Positions 23,521-36,692 of a stretch of DNA of 64,000 bases are shown here, one piece after another. The stretch is from NCBI RefSeq assembly GCF_963921235.1, contig NC_086108.1, positions 28,088,001 through 28,152,000 on the forward strand, written 5' to 3'. This stretch comes from Mobula hypostoma. Taxonomy: Eukaryota. How positions within the stretch are numbered: the stretch's first letter is position 1; each line of letters starts with the position of its first letter. Below the pieces are notes generated by a model. It searched no databases, was not told the origin of the DNA, and saw only the letters and a list, made by a program, of their open reading frames with translations. The position numbers and the translations under genes were made by a program.

Positions 23521-26430
23521 ATCTCTGAAAAGAATTGCTGGCAGGGATGACAGCAGAGCAGCAATGGCTGGAATTTTTGAAAACAATTTGGAAGGCACAG
23601 TATATATACATCCCAAAAAGGAAGAAGTATTCTAAAGGAAGGATGACGTAACCGTGGCTAACAAGAGAAGTCAAAGACAACAACATAAAAGCCAAAGAGA
23701 AGGCATAAAAAAGAGCAAACCTTTGTCAGAAGAGGATTGGGAAGCTTTTAAAAATCAACAGAAGGCAACTAAAAGTATCATTAAGAAGGTAAAGATGGAA
23801 TAAGAAAGTAAGCTAGCCAATAATATTAAAGAGAATAACAAAAATTTCCTCAGATATATAAAGTGAAAAAAAGAGACAAGAGTAGCTATCAGACCACTGG
23901 GTAACAATGTGGGAGGGGTAGTAAAGGGGGACAATGAAATGGCTGATGAACTGAATAAGTATTTTGTGTCATTCTTCACTGTGGAAGACACAAGCAGTAC
24001 GATGGAAATTCCAGGTATCAGGTGTCAAAAAGTGTGTGAGGATACAATAACTAGAGAAGGTGCTTGGGAAATTGCAAGATCTGAAGGTAGATACGTCTCC
24101 TAGATCAGATGGTATACACCCCAAGATTCTGAAGGAGGTGGCTGAAAAGATTGTGAAGGCATTAGTAATGATCTTTCAAGAATGACTAGATTTTGGAATG
24201 GTTCTGGAAGATTGGAAAATTGCAAATGTCATTCCACGTTTCAAGAAGGGAGAGGCCAAAGAAAGGAAACTATAGGCTACTTAGTCTGGCCTCCGTGGTT
24301 GGGAAGATGTTGGAGTTAATTATTAAGGATGAGGTCTCAGTGTACTTGAAGCTACATGATAAAATAGGCTGTAGTCAAAATGGTTTCCTCAAGGGAAAAT
24401 CTTGCCTGACAATTCTGTTGAAGTTCTTTCAAGAAATAACAAGCAAGATAGACAAAGGAGAATCCGTTGATGTTGAGTACTTAGATTTAACAAGCTACAA
24501 GCCCATGGTATTCGAGGAAAGATTCCAGTATGGATAAAGCAGTGGCTGACTGGCAGTAAGGAAAAGTGGGAATGAAGAGAGCCTTTTCTGCTTGGCTGCC
24601 AGTGACTACTAGTGTTCCACAGGGGTCTGTGTTAGAGACTGATTTGGATGATGGAATTGATGGCTTTGTTACAACGTTTGCAGACAATCTGAAGACAGAT
24701 GAAGCAGCAGGTAGCTTTGAGGAAGTTGAGAGGCTACAGAAGAAAGGCAGATTAGGAGACTTGCTGAAAAAGTGGCAGAATACAGTGTCAGGAGTGTATG
24801 GTGTGATGAAAAACCAAGTTATCAAAAGATTGATGCTAATGAGAGAGAGGTAAGGGAGACAATGGAGAAATGTTTAAAATGTTAATGAGAGAGGTGAGAG
24901 AGAGATAACGAAAAGAGACACAATTCAGAATATTGACAGACCGGTTGCTTTGAACCTGAACTGTTTGAAGTTTGATGGACAGGTGATACCCCAGCAGGGG
25001 AATAAAAAGAACAGGTTCGTTAAGGCACGACACACCATGAGATCATGAAATAACGAGACCCTGGAAGAGCCGTGTGCCCCCACAAGTTGGTGAGAGTTTT
25101 GGAGGTCTGGTTCAAGGGAACCGACCATAGACTCACAGGGTGAAAAGGTACGATCGGCAGGAACCTGGTGTGTGTGTCCACCCTTGCCTGGGTGCCGGGT
25201 TCACCGCGGAAGAACAGTCGTATCCGGAACGGAGGGGTCACAGTCGGTGACCACAGCGGGATAAAGCCAATTGCGAAGAACATCAAGGGTCTGCTTGAAT
25301 CAAAATTTGCATCTCTCTCTCTCTCTCTCTCTCCAACGGCACAACAGCAATTACTGCGAACTGTACTAAGCTGAACTGAACTCTACGTCACTTGAGACTG
25401 ATCATTTTACCCCTAGACTGCGATAGAGCTTAGTTGATCCCTATTACCCTAGTTCTGTGTACATGTGTGTTTTATCATTGCCTACCTGTTGCATTCATAT
25501 CCTTACAATTAGAGTACTGTGTTACTTATTTCTTTAATAAAATTTTATTAGTTTCCAGTAATCCAGACTCCAACTAGTGGTCCATTTCTGCTGGTTTGGC
25601 AACCCAGTTACGGGGTACTTAACAATGGTCATGTACTTTGGTGGAAGAAGTGAAAGAATTGACTACTTTTTAAATGGAGAGAAAATACAAGTAAAAAAAA
25701 CTGAGGTGCAAAGGGACTTAGGAGTCTCTGGAAGATACCCTAAACTCCGATAAAGATTAATTTGCAGGATGAGTCTATGGTGAGGAATGCAAATGCAATT
25801 TTCACATTCATTTTGAGAGGACTAGAATATAAAAGCAAGGATGTAATATTGAGACTGTATAAAGCACTGGTGAGGCCTCACTTGGAATAATATGAGCAGT
25901 TTTGGGCCCCTTGTCTTAGAAAGGATGTGCTGGAGATGGTTCAAAGGAGGTTCATGAAAATGATTTCAGGATTGAATGGCTTATCATATGAAATGTGTTT
26001 GTTGGCTCTGGGCTTGTATTCACTGGAATTCGGAAGAATGACAAGTGACCTCATTGAAACCTATCAAATGGGTGAAAGGTCTTGATAGAGTGGATGGAGA
26101 GGATGTTTCCTATGGTGGGAGAGTTTAATACCAGACGACACCACCTCAGAATAGAGGAGTGTCCTTTGAGAATGGAGATGAGGAGGAATTACGCCAGAGA
26201 GCGGTGAATCCATGGACTTCTTCACCGCAGAATGCTGTGGAGGCCATGTCTTGATGTATATTTAAGGCAGAGGTTGATAGATTCTTGATTGGTTGGCATA
26301 TGATGGGATATGGGAAGAAGGCAGGAGATTAGAGCTGAGGAAAACTGGATCAACCATGATGAAATGGTGGAACAGACTCGATGGGCCAATTGGCCTAATT
26401 CTACTTTTATATCTTATGATCTTATGGTCT
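23521..26430 (+). mobile_element. CR1 LINE, 5'-truncated, containing a solo LTR
   Basis: EMADELNKYFVSFFT, GNYRLLSLASVVGK, QNGFLKGKSCLT, SVPQGSVL, FVTTFADN; CTTATGATCTTATGGTCT tail. Confidence 0.88.
24802..25624 (+). mobile_element. Solo LTR (Gypsy or ERV type), 823 bp
   Basis: TGTGA...TAACA termini; 4-bp TSD ATGG (24798-801, 25625-28); AATAAA at 25536; removing it restores the CR1 sequence. Confidence 0.88.
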
Positions 26431-27039
26431 ATATACTTATATCCACCATCAAAAAGGCCTTAAAGTTCCCCACTTCTTTCTCAACAAAAGACCCATCCAG
26501 TTCCCCTCCACCACCACTCTCCTCCATCTAGCAGAAATAGTCCTCACTCTCAATAATTCTCCTTCAGCTCGTCTCACTTTCTCCAAACTTAAGCCGTAGC
26601 TATGGGCATCTACGTGGGCCCCAGCTATGTTTTTTTTTGTTGGCGATGTAGCACAGTCCATGTTCGAAGCCTTGCCTTGTGCTCACAACATTGATGATTG
26701 CATTGATGCTGCTCCTGCACCAATGCTGAATTTGTAAATTTTATTAATTTTGTCTCCAACTTTCACTCTGCCCTTAAACTCACTTGTTCCATTTCTGACA
26801 CCTCGCACCTCTTTCTCAATCTTTCTGTCCTCATCTCTGTCCTCAGTAGATGTCTACTGACATCTTTTATAAATCTTCCGATCCCTACGGCTACCTTGAC
26901 TATACCTCTCCCCAGCCTGTCTCCTGTAAAAATGCCATTCCCTTTTCTCATTTCCTTTGTCTTTGCCGCATCTGTTCCCAGGATGAGGCTTTTCTTTCCA
27001 GGACACTGGAGATGTCCTCCTTCCACCATTCATACTGCC

Positions 27040-28470
27040 GTCATCCACGTAAATAACACAAAACAAAATAAGATAAACACAAAAGAACAGAACAATAAAA
27101 AACACAATAAACATAAACATAAGATAGATTGTATGTCCATAAGTTGCCTGTTAGTTACGTTATGTACAGATACCCCTGTGTCCATAGGCACAGGAGTGTC
27201 TGTACACAAGGTGACTAACAGGCAGTGATTAATTAATGGTGATAGGGGGTGTGGAATGGTGGTTTAGTGGGTGGAAGTGTTGATCTACCTGACTGACAGT
27301 AGAAAGCAACTGATTTTGAGCCTAGTGGTCCTGGAGTGGATACTACATAGCCTCCTCCCTATGAAAGTGGGGCAGAATCAGATTTCAGAATTAGAATCAG
27401 GTTTATTATCATCGGCATGTGTAGTGAAATTTGTTAACTTAGTAGCAGCAGTTCAATGCGAGACATGATATAGAAGAAGAAGAAAAAAGTAATAATAAAT
27501 AAGTAAATCAATCACAGTATATGTATATTGAATAGATTAAAAATCATGCAAAAACAGAAATAATATATATTAAAAAAGTGAGTTAGTGTTCACAGGTTCA
27601 ATGTCTGTTTAGGAATCAGATGGCAGAGGGGAAGAAGCTGTTCTTGAATCACTGAGTGTGTGCCTTCAGGCTTCTGTACCTCCTATCTGATTGTAACAGT
27701 GAGAAAAGGGCATGCCCTGGGTGCTGGGGGTCCTTAACAATAGAACTGCCTTTCTGAGACACTACTCCCTGAAGATGTCCTGGGTACTTTGTAGGTAGTA
27801 TCTAAGATGGAGCCGACTAAATTTACAACCTTCTGCAGCTTCTCTCGGTCCTGCACGGTACCCACCCCTCCCATACCAGACAATGATGGAACCTGTCAGA
27901 ATGTTCTCCATGGTTCACCTACAGAAGTTTTTGAATCTTTGTCCATGTGCAGGGTGGGAGGGATACTTCATGATGTTTCTGGCCCTTTTCCAACACCAGC
28001 CTGTATATATATGTTTGTGATGGCAGGTAGGCGGGTGCTGATGATCTGTTGGGCAGTTTTGGCTACCCATTGTAGAGCCTTCCTGTCCACCACATTGCAG
28101 TTTCCGTACTATAGTGATGCACCATATTAGGATGCTCTCTCCTACACACCTATAGAATGATGTGAATATATACGTGCGTAGTCCAGCTCTCTTCAGCCTC
28201 CCCTGGTGTTGCAGAGCTTTTATGACTGTGTAAGATATGCTGTGGGACCATGAGAGGTTCTGTAGGATGTGCATTCCCAGGCGTTTGAAATTGTCACAGT
28301 TTCCACAGCTGTGTTACCGATGTAAAGAGGGGTGAGTGGTGAAAGTTCTCCTGAAGTCTACAACATCCTGTTTGTCTTGTTGGAAGAGATTATTTACCTG
28401 GCACCAGGCCTTAAGCTCTTCCACATTTTTTCTGTAGGTTGTCTCACTGTTGTTAGTGATGAGCCCCACC
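27040..28470 (-). mobile_element. Nested Rex1/Babar-like 3' fragments (inner one about 27375-27940)
   Basis: SFYRCVGESILIWCIT..KRARNIMKYPSHPAHG; VGLITNNSETTYR; (GATTCT)n tail at 27375. Confidence 0.7.
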
Positions 28471-31400
28471 AGAGCATCCAAACCTTGGAAGCTGGCGAGG
28501 TGGGTGTGTGTCGTAACAGGACTCTCTCCCCTACGGCCGACTCCTGACAGCCCTGGCTGCTCGGAGAGACAGTGATTGTAGTCATGGCTGAGAGCCGGAT
28601 CCAAGATATCTCTTTCAGGCACCCAGCACCTCTCCTCCGGTCCGAATCTTTCCCAGTCCATGAAATATTGCTGAACACCTCAAACATTACACGAGGCCAT
28701 AATTCTTCTCACGGTGAAAGTCTATTCCCCATCAACAAACCTGATAGTGGTGTGGGAGGGGGCTAATGGGCTGGTGTTCACACTTGGAAATGTGGATAGT
28801 GGGATTGATCTTGAGGGTTTTGGGGAGCTGCAAAGTGTAAGCCACCGGGTTTACTTTCCCGAGAATCCTGAAGGGTCCAATGAACTTGGGCGCCAATTTC
28901 CTGGACTCCGCTTGGAGAGGCAAATCCTAAGTCGACAGCCAGACCTGTTGCCCAAGCTGCAAAACTAGTCCCTGTCTTCTCTTGCAGTTAGCCTTTACTT
29001 CAGCCTTCCGGGTAGATGCTAACAAAATCTCCCTTGCCTAGTCCATCTCTCCTTGTAGTGTCAGACGAGATCTTCAGTTGCAGAAACCCCGTCCTCTGCC
29101 TCCTGCTCAGGGAGGAGTGGTAGAGAATACCCAAACTGGCATTTGAAAGGAGAGATTCCTGCATCGAATGCTGTAAAGTGTTGTGGGTGACCTCTGCCCA
29201 CATCAGATGGTCACTCCACGTGTTGGATCTTCCAGACGCCAGGTATTCCATGCCTTGGTTCACCTGCTCCATTTGGCCATTGGACTGCGGGTGAAACTCA
29301 GAAAAGAGACATGCTGTTGCCCCAACCAATTTGCAAAATGCCCTCCAGAGACATGATGTGAATTACTGACCACTATCCAATACAGTGTCCACCAGAAAAC
29401 CATGGATCCTGAAGACCTGCTGCAAGACAATCTCGGTCATCTGCATCGCAGATGGAAGTCTGCCCAAAGCGATGAATTTGCAGGCCATTGATAAATGACC
29501 TACAATTACCATGACAATGGCCTTCTCCTTGAAAAGAGGTAGTCCTGTAACAAAGTCCATGGTGATGTGAGCCAGTGGTCTTTCTGGAACAGGCAGAGGG
29601 TGAAGGAGCCTTTGAGTTTGGGTGCGGGGTTCCTTGCTCTGGGTGAACACCTTGCATGCCCGCACGTATTGACAGACCACCCTCACCATTCCAGACCACC
29701 AATATCTTCTCATAATGAACTCGAGGGTCCTGGCAATCCCTGGGTGAGGTGTCATTCTTGGTGAATGTCCCCAATGAAGCACCAAAGACCTGATAGGAGT
29801 AGGAGCAAACTGCCGGCCTGTTCTGAGGAATCTCCCCTTGTGCCTGGGCTGTGCAAACAAATGCATTGATTCCCCATTGAATTGGCGCTGTCACCTTCAC
29901 TTTTGCAAAATGGTGGTGGGCTCCTTTTCTCATTTGGGTACGTCAAACTGACGGGACAAGGCATTTGACTTCTGGTTCTTAGATCCTGGTCAATTGGTCA
30001 GGATAAAATTAAAACAGTTAAAGAAAAAAGACCACCTGGCCTGCCAGAAATTCAATTTCTGGGCCTCTTGAATGTAAAACAGGTTCTTGTGGTCCGTCCA
30101 AATGATAAAATGGTTCTTGGCCCCTTTGAGTCAGTGATGCCACTCCTCCAGAGCCAACTTTACTGTGAGCAGCTCTTTATTCCCAATGTCGTAATTCACC
30201 TCTGCCGGGGATAGTTGCCTGCAAAAGAACGCACACAGGTGCAGATTATTGTTGGAAAGTGTCTGTTAAGACAACACTGCACCCACTCTGACATCTGAGG
30301 CACCCACTTCCATGATAAAAGGAAGGTCCAGGTTAGGTGTAACCAAAATGGGAGCTGTCATGAGCTGCTGTTTGAGCTCTGCAAAAGCAGCCTCCACCTC
30401 AGTAGTTCAAAGAAAAGGTCTCTTGGTAAGTGCCAGCAACGGAGCTGCCACTCAGCTGAAGTGTCTGATAAGCTTTCAGTTCCTGAGCAAATCCCAGGAA
30501 CCGTTGGACCTGTTTCACTTTGGATGGTTCAGGCCAATCTCTGACTGCCTGCGTATTACTAGGGTCCACCTTGGGATTGTTATTAGAGGTCATGAAGTTC
30601 AAACAAGAAATAGTGGTTGTGTGAAATTCAGAATTCTCTGGCTTGACGTAAAGCCAATGATCAAAAAGCCTCTTTAGGAAATCTCTGACGTGAGCGACAT
30701 GCTCCTCAATGGGCTTTGAGAAAATTGGGATGTCATCCAAGTAGTCAAAGGCATATTTATGGAGAGCATCCCGGAACACGTTGTTTATAAAAGCCTGGAA
30801 AACTGCTGGAGCATTCACAAAGCTGAAGGGCATGATCAGATAATCATAGTACCCTTTCGGTGTGTTCAATGCCATCTTCTACTCATCACCCTGCTTTATG
30901 CGAGCTAGGTTGTATGCACTCCACAAGTCCAGTTTCAAGAATACTCTTGCCCCTTGGAGAATCTCAAAAGCAGTGTTCATGAGTGGAAGAGGGTAACGAT
31001 TCCTGACCATTAGGAGATTCAGTCCTTTATAATCAGTGCAAGGCCGCAGACTCCCATCCTTCCTCTGTACGAAGAAGAAGCCAGCACTGGCTGGAGAAAT
31101 GGAAGGCCAAGTGAATCCCAGGACAAGAGTCTCATTAATATACTCCTCCATAGTGCATTTCTCCAGGCCTGAGAGTGCATACAATCAACCCCACAGAGGG
31201 CATATACCTGACGGTGGATCTACTGCACAGTCGTAGGGTCAGTACAGTGGAAGAGTTGAGGCCTTTCCCTCACTGAAGACCACTTCCAAATCCTTGTAGA
31301 TGGTTGGGATTTCTACTGGCTTGGGTGCTGCAATTATCCTCAAACCTTCCTCCAAGGATGACTTCTGAGACTCCATCGGCAGCAGGGGTGCTTCCTAGAG

Positions 31401-33255
31401 TCTCCCCCGTAGGTCCACAAGAGTCTTTAGTGAAAACAGAAGCCAAATCACAGTCCCCTCAGACATCGGCAGCCAGGCACGACAAATGGTCCCTGTGCTC
31501 CTGGAACACTTCCGAGGATCTACATTTCGGAGCCTTCCCCCTAGATGGGACACGTCAAATGGAGCCCTTAGGCTTGGCGGCTGGAGTTCCATACTGCTTG
31601 GGCATCTCCTTGGCATGCTCCTCAACTAAAGATCTCGTTCCAGCGCACCCCTGACTGGACTCATATGTGTCTATTGGCTGGAGTCGGCTTGTCTTCCCTT
31701 GAAGGTAGGACTGGGTTTCCTGAAGGCTCCAGGTTACCCTGAGCAGAAGTCTGTCCTTTCATCGGCATCTGTTCTCAGGAGAGTCTGATTGTCAGAACAC
31801 CAAGATGAAAACAAACCCTCTTTCGATGGCTAGACCAAGCAGTGACTCTTCCCCCCCAACCCCAAGTCCATGGATGTGTTATGCTGAGATAGCCAAGGGT
31901 ATCCAAGGATCAGGGGTTTGACTGGAGAGTTAGTAATCTAGAAACTAATGTCTTCCACATGATCCCCTATCCTCATCTGCAACACCACAGTCTGTTACTG
32001 GATCTGCCCGGAATCTAGTGGGCGGCCGTCCAAGACAGTTGTGATAAAGGACTGACTCAACTCTTGCGGCAGTTATGTCAAACCGATAGGCAGTTCCTCT
32101 ATCCAGAAAATTACCCGCTGCCCCAGAGTCCACAAAAGCCGTCACCTGCCTCAGGTTCTTACCCCGTGTAATCTCTGTCTTCAGCATGAAACCAGAATCC
32201 ATGGGGTTGAGCTAGTGGTTGTTATAGTCACAGTCCTCCGGATGTTGGACAGTTTTATCGGTTCTCAAGGTGGCTGCAGCTTCGAACATTTGGCCCACAG
32301 ATGACCTGCTTCCCTGCAGTAAAAGCAGCAACCTTGACTCCAGTGCCGAGTCCTTTCTCGGTGGAGAATCTAGTGCAACTGATCTGCATGGGTGCAGCTG
32401 GATCTTGAGCAGGCAATGGGCTGGTCATGGTCCAAGGCTGGGAGGTGGAACATCGATGCATTGAGTCTGATCTTGAGCTAGCTCTCCTCATCCTCATAAT
32501 GTAGTTCCACTTATGCTCTGCCAGACAGTTATCGAGACAGGTGGACTGGTCAATGAGAATCTCTAAGTTCTCTGCTGGCTCTCCCAAAGCGAGGGCATCC
32601 TTCAATCTATCTCGGAGTTTGTGGCGGTTTAACGTGGCCAAGGCCTCCCTGCTCCAACCACCCTCCTGGGCCAAGGTCTGAAATGCGATCGTATAGTCGG
32701 CCGCTGACCGCATCCCCTATCGAAACTTCATCAGTCTGATGCTCGGCTGGCACCTGGGGGAGGCGGAGAGGGGGATGATGAATTCCTCCAAGTCCAAGCA
32801 AATCTCTGACCTGCATTCTCAATGCACAGTAGCCCAGGCCAGGACTCTCCCTGTCAGAAGAGAGATAATGAAGGCCACCATTCTGCACTCCGAAGTCTCT
32901 GATGGCCCGTTGGGTCCATACAGGCTCATTCATACTGTGATGAAAGTTCTTGATGAGAATGGCTTAGACTCAAATGTTAGAGTATCCGAGGCTAGGATTG
33001 AGACATGGTTTCAAACTGGATCAACAATCTGAGCTCAAAACAAACACTGGACAAAATCATGAGTAGGCTTACGATTGAGCATTGAACATCAGTTCAGGTG
33101 CTCCTTAAACACTCAATCCTTGGCACCCAAAACTTGATTGCGAATTAGTGGGACTGCCCTGCATCTTTAAAGGGGCTGCACCAGCTATCCACACTCTGGG
33201 GAATTAGAGCCGTCTAAACCACGGGAGCTGTCATGGATGGGTGCATGACGTAACA
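28471..33255 (-). mobile_element. Gypsy/Ty3 chromovirus (sushi/Tf1-like) LTR retrotransposon, decayed; 3' LTR truncated
   Basis: Order gag (RSAADYTIAFQTLA), protease (FVDSGAAGNF), RT (FDYLDDIPIFS), RNase H, integrase ([32 protein letters not shown]), chromodomain (DWERFGPEERCWVPERDILDP); 5' LTR about 32936-33255 (TGTTACG..CACA); PPT GGGGAGAGA at 28523-28531 then TGTTACG at 28518. Confidence 0.93.
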
Positions 33256-33475
33256 TGCCGATGAAGATTTATATAATCTTGCAGTGTCTTAGGACTCAAG
33301 GTCATTGCAGAGAAGAGGAGATAAGGTTGAGAGAAGTTTAATAGAGCAGGGAAAGGAATTTTAAAACTAAGGCCTCAATGGGAGGAGAGTCGATGTAAGT
33401 CAGTGAGCAGAATTTATGTAATTCCACAGAATTAATGAATTACCCTAATTAATGGAATTAATGTAAGTTAGGGAG

Positions 33476-33940
33476 CGCTGTTGTAGGAAAGCATCAAGGA
33501 CCCCTGCCATCCAGGTCATGTTCTCCTCTTGCTGCTGCCATCAGGAAGAATGTACAGGAGCCTTAGGACTCACACCAGCAGGGTCATGAACAGTTATTAC
33601 CCTTCAACCGTCAGGCTCTTGAACCAGAGGGGATAACTTCATTCAAATTCACTTGCCCCCATCACTGAACTAGTCCCATAATCTATGGATACACTTTCAA
33701 GGACTCTTCATCTCATGTTCTCAATACTTACTGCTTGCTGTTTTATTTATCTGTCTATCTATTTATTTATCTGTTTATTGATTATGTTTTTTCTTTCTTT
33801 TTGTACATTGGTTGTTGTCCATCCTGTTGGGTGTGGTCTTTCTTCAATACTATTGTATTTACTGTGATTGCCCACAAGATACTGAATCTCAGAGTTGTAT
33901 ATGGTGATATATATGCACTTTGAACTTTGACCTTTGAATC
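33476..33940 (+). mobile_element. Rex1/Babar-like 3' end
   Basis: IKDPCHPGHVLLLLLPSGRMYRSLRTHTSRVMNSYYPSTVRLL; TGAACTTTGACCTTTGAA tail. Confidence 0.75.
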
Positions 33941-34162
33941 GTGCAGGTGCAGATGAAAATGGAATAGAGAGGGGGTAGACAATTTTGATTATGAATACTG
34001 TATAAGGAATTTACAGGATAGAAGAACAGGTGGGAGAGTATTTGAATGATCAAATCTAGAAGTGTCAAACACTAAAATGAGATTGTCAGCAGGAAATTAT
34101 CTTAATTCGGATCAGCAATGTTACAGAAGTGGAAACATGCAGGTTTCTATAAATCTGAAGAT

Positions 34163-34244
34163 ATACAATACTGTGTAAAAGTGACACACATATATATACA
34201 TATATAGAGTGCTTTGGTGCCTAATACCTTTGCACAGTACTGTA
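34163..34244. mobile_element. Tiny Tc1/mariner-type MITE (second decayed copy at about 34531-34600)
   Basis: TACAATACTGTGTAAAAG..CTTTGCACAGTACTGTA inverted ends with TA flanks and a (TA)n centre. Confidence 0.6.
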
Positions 34245-34761
34245 TTAATTAACAGAGCACAGAGTGAGTTTGTAATCTGGCTGGAGCAAAGGATGTTGGG
34301 AATGGCGTGAGTGGAGCTCCGTGGGAATGGTGTGGGATGGGTGGCAGAGAAGAAGTGCCAAGTGCAGACTTCAGACACCAGGCAATGTCACTTGATTCCA
34401 AACAGTTGGTTTATTCATCATTGCAGAAAGTCTCTCTGGAGCTTCCCACTTCCTCCCCTCTCTCTTCCCCTTTTCCCAATTACAATTTGTTTTTTTTGTG
34501 GTAACACTACAGTGTTATACATAAAATTGCTACAGAAATGTGCAGAGACCTATGCTCCCTAGATATATATATGTGTGTTAGACTTTTGCCCAGTACTATA
34601 TAACCATTACAGCTAAGAGATTCAGCCTCTTCTCAATCCAAAATGAACAATCAATTATACTGCAAACAACAGGAATTCTGCAGATGCTGGAATTTCAAGC
34701 AACACACATCAAAGTTGCTGGTGAACGCAGCAGGCCAGGCAGCATCTCTAGGAAGAGGTAC

Positions 34762-34797
34762 AGTCGACGTTTCAGGCCGAGACCCTTCGTCAGGACT
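34762..34797 (-). ncRNA. Minimal type I hammerhead ribozyme motif
   Basis: Reverse complement reads AGTC-CTGACGA-AGGGTCTCGGCCT-GAAAC-GTC-GACT; all core residues present. Confidence 0.8.
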
Positions 34798-34803
34798 ACA
34801 GTT

Positions 34804-34839
34804 AGTCCTGAGGAAGGGTCTCGGCCTGAAACGTCGACT
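34804..34839 (+). ncRNA. Minimal type I hammerhead ribozyme motif
   Basis: AGTC-CTGAGGA-AGGGTCTCGGCCT-GAAAC-GTC-GACT; predicted cut after 34835. Confidence 0.8.
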
Positions 34840-35992
34840 GTACCTCTTCCTAGAGATGCTGCCTGGCCTGCTGCGTTCACCAGCAACTTTGATGTGTGTT
34901 GAATCAATTATACTGAACCTATACTTTTACACCTAGGTTCCCCTGTGAGAGGAAACAGCCTTTTACTATTTAGCCCATCAATCCACTTCTGTTGTTTGTC
35001 AAAGATATCAATTCTCTTTGCATTGAATGTAGGCCAATGTTACTTCAAATCTCTTTGAATAAAACTGCTTCAGCCCAAGAGGCAATCCAGTGAACTTATG
35101 CTGCGTCACTGTTTACTATTTCAGATTCTTACAATATAATATTATACCATTAGAAAACCATTATATGCAGAATTTTGTAGATAATTATTGACAAAATTTT
35201 GCTCTATAATTCAACAAAATATTTATTTACTTAATTATCTTTGTCTTCTCAAAATTCATTTTGACCAGCTGTACATAACATTTCTATAATTGTTACATTG
35301 GCCTAATTGTCTCTACAACATTAAACCGCTTAACACAATATGGAATTGACATAAACCTAATTAGAATCTAGAGCAAGGATGTATATGCATTGCATTTGGC
35401 GCACTAAATCTCATGAACTCAATGGTAAATAACTTTCATTTGGTAATCTTTTAGCACTCTCTATCTCTTGTTTCTGTTGTTATACTGACCTGAATCCTGA
35501 TTTATTATGTCTTTCTGAACTTTGGTGCTCTGTGTAATGTATCCACACTGTCAATCCATGGTACGCTTGGCCTGTTCTCACACTCAGTTCACGGTATGTC
35601 TCAGCAGCTTCGACCTTTGACACTTGACTAGCTCAGCAAAAGTATGCCCCCTCAGCAGGTCAGACAATATCAAAGAAGTGAAATGGATGGTCAATGTTTC
35701 TGTCCATTGCCTTCCATAAATGCTGCTTGACCTGCTAAGTTTTTCTGGGATGTAGAGTGTTGCTCAAGATTCCAATATCTGGTGCCTCTTATGTTGCCAG
35801 TATGTTCTCTGTCTTGTGTCATCCCCATCATTGCCTTAACTAAAGCTCCAACACAACTATTTCCAGGGATGTTCAGAAGATTTTGCAAGACAAGCTTTTC
35901 ACTGTATCTCGGTACATGTGACAATAGTAAACCAATACCTAAACAAATGTGCCTTCTCGTCGACAATGTGTATTTTCAGATTGTGCTGTTTT

Positions 35993-36295
35993 AGACCATA
36001 AGACATAGGAGCAGAATTAGGCCATCTGGCACATCGAGTCTGCTCTGCCATTCAATCATGGCTGATCCTTTTTATTTCTCCTCCTCAACCCCAGTTCTCA
36101 GCCTTCTCCCCATAACTTTTGATGCCATGTCCAATCAAGAACCTATCTACCTCAGCCTTAAATACACCCAACGACCTGGCCTCCACAGCTGCATGTGGCA
36201 ACAAATTCCACAAATTCACTACCCTTAGGCTAAAGAAATTTCTCCACATCTCTGTTTTGAAAGGGCGCCACTCTACCCCAAGGCTGTGCCCTTTT
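35993..36295 (-). mobile_element. CR1 LINE 3' end
   Basis: GHSLGVEWRPFKTEMWRNFFSLRVVNLWNLLP..FKAEVDRFL. Confidence 0.82.
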
Positions 36296-36692
36296 GAAGT
36301 GTCATTCATTTTGAATTTACTATCAATAACAAAGATAACAATGGACCAACCCTCCACTTACAGTCCTTGGCTCCATTTAAAGATTACTGTACTGCCACAA
36401 TCATCTCATTTTCAAAGTCGACGAACACATTCCCTGAGATTTTAACCTACCGGGCAGCCTTAAATTTTATATCTATGGTATTCTGGAAGATTTCCTTGAG
36501 GTCAGCAGCATCATTTCGTGTGAAGAATTCTTAGCAAACTGCATGTTATCTTTCTATTTTGGGATCCCTCTCAGTCTTCCCACTTAAAACTCGATTTGTT
36601 TTTCTGCTTTCTGCTTTTCTTCCCAAAATGAATAATGTCTCCACTCCCTTATATTCCATGTGCCACATACTCATTCTATCTATATCCCTTTA

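Larger units (their letters stand above)
23040..27035 (+). mobile_element. Decayed PLE RT fragment (23040-23520 + 26430-27035) split by CR1
   Basis: ITIKSPYRGSTVVV..YLAEARWQFSGTSSY; STDIFYKSSDPYGYLDYTSPQPVSCKNAIPFSHFLCLCRICSQDEAF matches the 61060-62478 ORF. Confidence 0.8.
34663..34901. mobile_element. 239-bp palindromic PLE insertion
   Basis: Perfect 14-bp TSD AATCAATTATACTG (34649-62, 34902-15); 99-bp arms 34700-34798 and 34803-34901, one mismatch seen; 37-nt unpaired tail. Confidence 0.95.

Noticed and set aside
28500..32919. Domesticated PEG10/RTL-like gene
   Set aside because: Numerous stops and frameshifts with LTR remnants retained; this is a decayed provirus.
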